Under the pieces are notes generated by a model. The model searched no databases, had not been told where the DNA came from, and saw nothing but the letters and a program-made list of their open reading frames with translations. 22,964 bases of DNA, taken from assembly GCA_036351155.1 (NCBI GenBank), contig JAZBOO010000070.1:1-22964 (forward strand), written 5' to 3'. Source of the stretch: Candidatus Krumholzibacteriia bacterium (lineage in GTDB: Bacteria; Krumholzibacteriota; Krumholzibacteriia; LZORAL124-64-63). Shown piece by piece: positions 16,866-22,964 of this stretch. Made by a program: the position numbers and the translations under genes. Every line of letters starts with the position of its first letter. Within the stretch, counting starts at the first letter, position 1.

Positions 16866-17045
16866 TCAGGGGGCAATCTTGCAGCAGTTCTCGGCCTCGT
16901 CCTTGCTCATGTAACGCATTCCGCAAACCAGGCATTTGTTGGGCCCGTCAATGCGTCCTTCGTTCTCCGCCTTGACGAGTAGCCGCTGGTACTTCACGAA
17001 ACTTTCATCACGCACAAGAATGTCATCGTCTTTGACGCTGATCAT
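16866..17045 (-). CDS. Small 59-aa Cys-rich (zinc-finger-like) protein, absent from the ORF track
   Basis: MISVKDDDILVRDESFVKYQRLLVKAENEGRIDGPNKCLVCGMRYMSKDEAENCCKIAP*, with strong RBS AAGGAGG upstream. Confidence 0.8.
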   Translation of the reverse strand: MISVKDDDILVRDESFVKYQRLLVKAENEGRIDGPNKCLVCGMRYMSKDEAENCCKIAP

Positions 17046-17142
17046 CGGGTCCTCCTTGGCTCCTGGTCCGCGTCGAACCTCTGCTTTCCAGTCCTCGATG
17101 CTTTCTCCTTAGGCATGCAGAGGTGTTTTATCCATGGCCCGC

Positions 17143-17171
17143 ATAGTATGACATCCGGGCAGTCGAGTCAA
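17143..17171 (-). promoter_or_regulatory. Sigma70-type promoter for the small Cys-rich gene cluster
   Basis: Minus strand TTGACT-17 nt-TACTAT. Confidence 0.65.
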
Positions 17172-17240
17172 TAAGCCGGGCCTTTTTTGTCCGCGAAAAT
17201 TGAACCTGAATTTTTCGGGGAAAAAGACGCCGGAAACAGA

Positions 17241-18098
17241 TCAGGATTCGGCAGCTTGCACCGGCAATTCATCATCGGCATCATCAACCAGCGGGAGCAG
17301 GTGCCCCGCGATTTTTTCGATGCGGAACAGATCGCCCAGACTGGTCAGTCCGAGGCGCCGGGCATCGGTCAGGGCCTGGTGCAAAATCCCGGCGGTGGCG
17401 CTGGCATCGGCCGAGGCCCGGTGGGGGTTATCATGCGTGATGCCGAAGTGACGAGAAAGATCGGGCAGACTGCGGCTGGCCAGCTGGGGCCAGATCTGGC
17501 GCGACAGCTGCAGTGTACACAGACCCGTCACCGCCGGCCGCACCACACCGCGGCGTGCGAACTCCCAGCGCAGGAAAGGCAGGTCGAATCTGATATCGTG
17601 GGCCACGAACACATTTCCGTCCAGCAGGCTGGCCACGGTCTCGGCCACATCGGAAAAGGTCGGAGCACCTTCCAGGTCCCTGTTGTCGATCCCGGTGAGC
17701 CGCGCCACCCAGGGCGGAATCTCACGGTCGCTCCAGACCAGCGTTTCGAACCGGTCCTGGATTTCACCGCCGCTGTAGATGACCAGTCCGATCTCGATGA
17801 TCTCATCGACGCCGATCACGCTGCCGGTGGTTTCCAGATCCACCACGGCGAAGGTGGCCTGGTCCAGTTCCTGATTCAGACAGGGGGAACCGGTCACGGT
17901 CCAGCAATGGTCGTGGGTTTCGACAAAGCGAGGATCGGCGGACAGCAGAGCGCGCACCACAACCTGGGTCTCGGGCATCTCATGGCGCCGGGCACCAAAA
18001 AGATGCCGCGCGATCACCGGCGTGGCCAAGGGCTTCTGTTGACCGAGCAGGAACTGATGTGCATCGGTCCGGAATTGTTTAAGATCACTGGAAAGCAT
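17241..18098 (-). CDS. DEDDh 3'-5' exonuclease (DnaQ/PolC exonuclease-like)
   Basis: ExoI VVDLETTG, ExoII FVAHDIRFD, ExoIII HRASADA; N-terminal extension. Confidence 0.9.
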   Translation of the reverse strand: MLSSDLKQFRTDAHQFLLGQQKPLATPVIARHLFGARRHEMPETQVVVRALLSADPRFVETHDHCWTVTGSPCLNQELDQATFAVVDLETTGSVIGVDEIIEIGLVIYSGGEIQDRFETLVWSDREIPPWVARLTGIDNRDLEGAPTFSDVAETVASLLDGNVFVAHDIRFDLPFLRWEFARRGVVRPAVTGLCTLQLSRQIWPQLASRSLPDLSRHFGITHDNPHRASADASATAGILHQALTDARRLGLTSLGDLFRIEKIAGHLLPLVDDADDELPVQAAES

Positions 18099-18130
18099 GA
18101 ACTAAGTATACCACAGGTTTCCGCTGGTGG

Positions 18131-18940
18131 TCAATGAGTGCCCCCCAGCACAGGCTGAGCGCCGCCCCCGAACCCCACCAGTTCCATGATCTCCACCCGC
18201 ACCGTGGGCGGAGGGGGAGAAAACCGGCGACTGGGGGGATCCAGCCGGGATGTGGAGCGAATCCGCTCGGTGGCGTAGGCCAACCCCAGGAAGGGAATTT
18301 CGCTGTTGACCGCGGCGGAAATTTCTCGCGTGGTTTCCTGGATCATGCGCCCTGCCGGAAGGTCGGCCGCCTGGGTGTCGGCGGCCGTGAAGACAAACTG
18401 GTCACACAGGTACTGGCGCTCCTGGATGACCCGGTGCGTGGCCTTCCCCACCTCGATCTCCGCCGCGATGAACTCGTCCTGCAAGGCAGCAGCCACCAGG
18501 GGGTCATCCCGCAGCTGTTCCACGGTGGTGCTGGTGGCCACTCCATCTTTCCACTGGACGATCTCGCTGACCGCGTCGAGCAACCGCCCCTCTCGCTTGA
18601 GCAGGGCGCGGGACACCCGCATACGGACCCCTTCGCCGGGCAACGGCGTGCGCAGCCCATCCTGGTCCTCGGTCAAAGGGAGGATTTCCACCAGCCAGGA
18701 GTGGTCATCGGTCCCGGCCTGGCGGTCCAGGCAAACGATCCTGGTCAGCCCATGGTCACGGCGGCCCCCGGCCATCACCTGGGTCCGGTAATCGGCCCAG
18801 GCCCCCTCATGCATCTCGATGGGGATCATGGGCTGCCGCCACAGCGTGAACACATCCAGCGCCAGGGCCGGGGTTGCGCCCGCCAGAAGCATCCAGGCCA
18901 GTACACAGAAAGCCGGACCCCGCAGGATCCGGCCTTCCAT
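18131..18940 (-). CDS. Hypothetical secreted protein
   Basis: Signal peptide ending ATPALA; starts 7 nt after the upstream stop; 269 aa. Confidence 0.75.
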   Translation of the reverse strand: MEGRILRGPAFCVLAWMLLAGATPALALDVFTLWRQPMIPIEMHEGAWADYRTQVMAGGRRDHGLTRIVCLDRQAGTDDHSWLVEILPLTEDQDGLRTPLPGEGVRMRVSRALLKREGRLLDAVSEIVQWKDGVATSTTVEQLRDDPLVAAALQDEFIAAEIEVGKATHRVIQERQYLCDQFVFTAADTQAADLPAGRMIQETTREISAAVNSEIPFLGLAYATERIRSTSRLDPPSRRFSPPPPTVRVEIMELVGFGGGAQPVLGGTH

Positions 18941-18947
18941 CTTGGCT

Positions 18948-20309
18948 CTAGTGCTTGATCTTTTCCCAGTAGGTTGTGTAATCGAAATCAGGACTGTTCT
19001 CCTTGTCGTGGCAGATCACGCAGGAATCCTTGGCCTGGGCACTCCACTTGCCGTCCCGGGCGTGCTCGGTGCCATACCCATGACAGGCTTCGCACTGCAC
19101 GTTGGCCAGCTTGTTGAAGGGAGGATTTTCATCGTACCCGTTCTTGAACTGATAGCCCGTGGTGTGACAGACCACACACTCGGGTTCGAAGTTCTGGCCC
19201 TTGGCACGCAGGGTATTCAAGGCCCCCCGGTGACCGCTCTCGGCGTAAACATCCCACGCATTCTCATGACAGGACTTGCAGGCCCTCTCACCCAGGAAGG
19301 TTTCCTTGTCCGATCCATGGTCCCGGGGAAAAGCGGCCCGCTTGGCCAGCTTGAATTCCTCCAGGGAAACGTTGTACTCGTTCACGCGGGTGAGCATGTC
19401 CGGATCATCGGCAATGGCGTCGTCCAGGCTGGTCACTTCGACCTCCACGGCCATCACCATTCCGTTGGACTTCTCGACGAAAATGTTGGCCCGCCCCACG
19501 TAGCGACCCTCATAGGCAGAGGAAAGGATGATGGTGTCCTCCAGGATCCGCTCCGCCTTGAGATTCTTGAACGTGTGACCCATCACGCAGATGTCGATAC
19601 CCTTGACCTCGCGGACAAGCAACTCGGTGTTGCGGTCACCGAGGTGCCCCAGCAAGATGATGGTGTCGGCTTCCTTGCGGATCCGCGGGATCAGTTCCCG
19701 CAAAACAGGGATCGGCTCCAGGATTTCCAGGCCAGGGTCGTTGCTGGTCATGGTGATGATCTTCTGCCCCGGATCCAGCACGCTCACCACACCAAACTTG
19801 ATGCCGTTGCGCTCGATGACCAGATACTCGGGCACGATCAACTCACCCGTTGCCACCTCACGCACGTTGGCGTTGGTGTAGGGCAGATCGAAATCGGCCA
19901 TGGCCTTGTGCAGATAGGCCAGACCATAATTAAGGTCCAGTTCACCCAGACCGATGGCGTCCAGACCCAGGCCGCCTGTCATTTCCAGCAGGAAGCTGGT
20001 CTGGTGCTGTTCGTTCTTGTTCCGGCGTCCCATGAGGTCGCCGCCGTCGAGGTGCAATACGGGAACGTTCTCTTCAAAAACCGAATCCAGATAGGTGACC
20101 CTCCGGGCCAACCCGCCGCGGCGTTTGGATTTTCAGCCACAGGGTTCGATCTTGCCCTTGATGTCCGTTTGGTAAATCAAGGTGACGTTCTTCCAGTCAC
20201 CGCCCTTGGGCTCTTCCTGGGCCGAAGCCGCTGCTGGAAGCACCAGTTGAAAGGCGATGGCAAGCAACACCAAGGCGAACAACCCCAGCGGGTTCTTCGA
20301 AGTATTCAT
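18948..20309 (-). CDS. Secreted UshA-like (seleno)protein fused to a tetraheme cytochrome c domain; selenocysteine at residue 59
   Basis: RBS and ATG at 20309 give MNTSKNPLGLFALVLLAIAFQLVLPAAASA-QEEPKGGDWKNVTLIYQTDIKGKIEPCG-UGA(20133-20135)-KSKRRGGLARR, in frame with ORF 18948..20111. Metallophosphoesterase-like LDGGD, LGHLG, MGH. Four CxxCH motifs. Confidence 0.88.
20093..20114 (-). promoter_or_regulatory. Candidate bacterial SECIS element
   Basis: mRNA GGG-U-UGGCCC-GGA-GGGUCA-CCU forms a stem with a bulged U and a G-first apical loop that begins 28 nt after the UGA. Confidence 0.7.
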
Positions 20310-20461
20310 CTTCTACCTTTCCGGATAATCCCCTCGGATATTTCTAGATGCCCCCAGGGTGGGCCAAGGAGCAACAACCCCGGGAAGCAAGGATCCATCT
20401 GCTCAGCACTGAAACAGCCTGAACTCATCTGAACCTTCGGGGGCCAGATTTGTTCCCGGCA

Positions 20462-20491
20462 ATTATAACAGGCGGCAGGGGGTGCTGGCAA
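20462..20491 (-). promoter_or_regulatory. Sigma70-type promoter (extended -10) for the selenoprotein operon
   Basis: Minus strand TTGCCA-18 nt-TATAAT, with TGn immediately before the -10. Confidence 0.65.
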
Positions 20492-20521
20492 CCGGGCTCA
20501 TCACGGGCTCGCCACGCGGGG

Positions 20522-20553
20522 AATAAACATGGGGGCGGTCAAACCGCCCCCAT
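20522..20553 (-). terminator. Terminator after the HU gene
   Basis: Stem ATGGGGGCGGT/ACCGCCCCCAT (20529-20553) followed by GTTTATT on the minus strand. Confidence 0.7.
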
Positions 20554-20583
20554 TCTTCAGAGCACGCCAAAATGGCGCCAAAA

Positions 20584-20877
20584 CTACTTCTGGACGCGTT
20601 CCTTGAGGCTTTTGCCGGCCACGAAGGCCGGGTACTTGGCCGCGGCGATGGTGATGGATTCGCCGGTCTGGGGGTTACGGCCCGCGCGCTTGCTCCTCTT
20701 GCGGCGCTCGAAGGTGCCGAATCCGGTGATCTGCACGCGATCGCCCTTGGAGACGGCGTTGGCAATGATCCCCTCCCGCGGTGCGGTGGAGAAAATCGCG
20801 TCGACGGCGCGCTTGGCAGCGGCCTTGCTCAATCCGGTTTTCTTGGCCAGTTGTTCGGTGAGTTCTGTCTTGTTCAT
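20584..20877 (-). CDS. hup: HU family DNA-binding protein
   Basis: MNKTELTEQLA...VQITGFGTFERRKRSKRAGRNPQTGESITIAA..PAFVAGKSLKERV; purine-rich RBS. Confidence 0.95.
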   Translation of the reverse strand: MNKTELTEQLAKKTGLSKAAAKRAVDAIFSTAPREGIIANAVSKGDRVQITGFGTFERRKRSKRAGRNPQTGESITIAAAKYPAFVAGKSLKERVQK

Positions 20878-20981
20878 TGTCTCACCCCCTTTCCTTTCGT
20901 CCATTAACTCCCGACCGGCCCGAACCTGTCAATACAAATATGACGTTTATCCATGGCTGACGCGGGTTTTCGGGAAGGGGG

Positions 20982-22964
20982 CTAGAAAACTCCACTGCCC
21001 AGGTTGCCCATCCCGTTCTCCACCCCGCGGGTGAATTTGAGGGCGGGTATGGATTTGAGGTAGATGCGGAAACCGAACTGGGAATCGACCGTGCTCACGG
21101 TGCGGTTGAACTCAAGGGCCCAGCAGTGCAGGTCCCGCTTGAGACTGAACTGCTGACGCACCGGGGTGGCCGTCACCAGGTCGAAACTGCCCTGGTAGCG
21201 AAACTTCCACCCCCGGGTCAGATCCGTGCTCACCGAGAAGTTGCCGCTGGCCCGCTTGTCCTGACTGGTGTTGGTATAGTTGTAGGACAGCGAGGCGTTG
21301 ATCTGGAAGGGAATGAACCGCCCGCCCTCGGTGGGGTCATTGGCGCCGCCGGCGCCGCTGGAGTTGCGGCCGTCCCGGTCGTAAAAATCGTCGAAGCTGC
21401 TCTCTTCGCCGTCGAAAAACTCGTCGTCCTGTTCATCGTAGATCTCGTTGCCAAATTCATCAACCTGCCTCAGGGAATCCTGCGCGGTGTCGACGAGATC
21501 CACTCCCAGCCGATCGATGGCCGTGTTGCGCATCTCTTCCTGCTGAACCGGCACATCCCCCAGGTCCACCTTGCCGGTGAAATTCAGGCCGTAGGTGAAA
21601 CGGGTGGACATCAGGGCCAGGTTCTTGGGGTCGATGGAATTGCTCACCTTCAGGCGCAGGGCCTGGCTTTGCCCCGGCTTGATGGTCAACCCGCTGCTGA
21701 TCGTTCCCCAGCGATCGCCGGGCTCGCGCTTGGGACTGTAGCTGGTGCTCAGGGACCAGTCGACCAGCCCGTCCAGCTTCTTCTCGGCCTGGGTGGAATC
21801 GTTCTCGGCCCCCACGTACTTGGCATCCAGACGGTTGTTCATGGAGAGACTGACGCTGGTGCTGTGCACCTGGCCGGACTTGAGCCCCGGACTCAAGCTC
21901 CAGCCGGAATTGAGCCGCAACGTGTGCCTGATGGCGCGCAACTTGCCGACGCGCGCAGGGAAAATCCCGTACAGAGTGGTCCCCAGGCCGGTGTTGAAGG
22001 ACATCCGGGTGCTGGTTTCCTCGGTGACCTCCCGGAACGGCTCATAGGTGTAGGTGGTGTCGGAGTCCTCCACGTACATCCGGCCTTCTTCGGTCTGGCG
22101 CGACCAGCTCTGGCTGGCGCTGCTGCCCAGGCTGAGGTTGAAGATCCCCACCCGGGGCGGGCGCACGCTGAGGGACCAGTTGCCCGCGGCGTTGTAGTTT
22201 TTCACATCGCGCAGCTCGTAACCCTTGCTGTCCGATTTGAAGCTGTAACCCTGCTGGAAATAGGTGCTGCGGGCCAGGTTGCCCAGGAAGCTGCCTCGCT
22301 GCCCCCCACGCAGAGGTGAGGCCAGGGCAAACTGCTTGAAGTTCAGGCTCAAGGAAGGCAGGGTCATGCTGTAGATCAGGTTGTCGCTGCTCGGATCATC
22401 GTCCTCGGCATTCACCCTATCGTCCCGGTTCGCGTTCAGGTTGGCGTTGACGAACGAGAAGCTGCGGCTCAGATAGACATTCGACTTGAGCTGCCCGCTG
22501 ACCACATCACGTCCGGTGCTGCCCGTCAGGTCGTTGCTGCTCAGAGTGGTGCTGGCCAGCTTCACATCCGAGCGGAACTTGTAGTCATCGAACAGGGTGG
22601 GCTGGTTGTGATTCCAGCGCAGCTGCCATTCCCGCCGTTCGTCCCCCTTCAGGCTGACCTTGCGCGAATAATCCACGCCGCCGTTCATGGTGTAACGCTT
22701 CACGTAGCGGTTCGACAGACGGTATCCCAGATCCCGGCGTTCGTTGTAGTCGCCCTCGAACACGAAATCCATGTACTCGTTGGTCGCCCAGTAGTAGCCG
22801 AAATCACGGATGTAGCGACCCTCGCGACTGGACCAGCCAAAGTCGAACGAAGGAAACAGGATGCCCGACTGCCGGCCTTCCTTCAAGCTCTTGAAGTAGA
22901 AGGGCAGGGCGAAAATGGGCACCTCGCCGATGCGCAGCACGATGGGCGCCGCCACCACCTTGTC
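20982..22964 (-). CDS. lptD: Putative LPS assembly outer-membrane protein LptD, 5'-truncated
   Basis: PIVLRIGEVPIFALPFY...RQSGILFPSF...GYYWATNEYMD and C-terminal RDLHCW match the FCB-type LptD pattern; extensive amphipathic beta strands. Confidence 0.8.
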   Translation of the reverse strand, partial: DKVVAAPIVLRIGEVPIFALPFYFKSLKEGRQSGILFPSFDFGWSSREGRYIRDFGYYWATNEYMDFVFEGDYNERRDLGYRLSNRYVKRYTMNGGVDYSRKVSLKGDERREWQLRWNHNQPTLFDDYKFRSDVKLASTTLSSNDLTGSTGRDVVSGQLKSNVYLSRSFSFVNANLNANRDDRVNAEDDDPSSDNLIYSMTLPSLSLNFKQFALASPLRGGQRGSFLGNLARSTYFQQGYSFKSDSKGYELRDVKNYNAAGNWSLSVRPPRVGIFNLSLGSSASQSWSRQTEEGRMYVEDSDTTYTYEPFREVTEETSTRMSFNTGLGTTLYGIFPARVGKLRAIRHTLRLNSGWSLSPGLKSGQVHSTSVSLSMNNRLDAKYVGAENDSTQAEKKLDGLVDWSLSTSYSPKREPGDRWGTISSGLTIKPGQSQALRLKVSNSIDPKNLALMSTRFTYGLNFTGKVDLGDVPVQQEEMRNTAIDRLGVDLVDTAQDSLRQVDEFGNEIYDEQDDEFFDGEESSFDDFYDRDGRNSSGAGGANDPTEGGRFIPFQINASLSYNYTNTSQDKRASGNFSVSTDLTRGWKFRYQGSFDLVTATPVRQQFSLKRDLHCWALEFNRTVSTVDSQFGFRIYLKSIPALKFTRGVENGMGNLGSGVF

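Noticed and set aside
17150..17160. 11-nt match (gacatccgggc) to the palindromic element core
   Set aside because: Too short, with no accompanying hairpin or rest of the core; could be chance.
20112..20309. Pseudogene or nonsense mutation interpretation of the TGA
   Set aside because: The stop is UGA at exactly the Cys-equivalent position of PCGC, a SECIS-like hairpin follows, and both halves are otherwise intact.
20310..20455. Moco riboswitch in the long selenoprotein leader (AGAAAU and GGAAAGGU near the RBS)
   Set aside because: The flanks of AGAAAU do not pair and the GCCUCC segment is missing. An Rfam scan would settle it.

Overview
GC-rich bacterial chromosomal segment. Gene style (a gingipain-like C25 protease with an FlgD/T9SS-like tail, an RDLHCW-type LptD, a secreted protein ending in TWxxVKxxYR) suggests an FCB-related lineage such as Krumholzibacteriota/Latescibacterota; this is inference only. 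The + strand carries a 5'-truncated Na+/H+ antiporter-type membrane protein and a hypothetical gene. The rest is on the - strand: partial lptD, HU, a UshA-like/tetraheme cytochrome c fusion, a secreted hypothetical, a DEDDh exonuclease, two Cys-rich small proteins, a putative outer-membrane protein, a pseudo-kinase plus hybrid kinase pair, a beta-propeller, fur-alr-terB, a lipoprotein, the C25 protease and a small secreted protein. Highlights the ORF track misses: (1) an in-frame UGA in a CGU motif followed by a SECIS-like hairpin makes 18948..20309 a probable 453-aa secreted selenoprotein-multiheme cytochrome; (2) a ~100-nt structured palindromic element occurs as two near-identical inverted copies plus one degenerate copy around gene 2186..2767; (3) a candidate short C-terminal sorting signal; (4) a ChpT-like pseudo-kinase behind a sigma54-type promoter; (5) an unannotated 59-aa zinc-finger-like protein. 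No rRNA, tRNA, CRISPR array or transposase was recognised.
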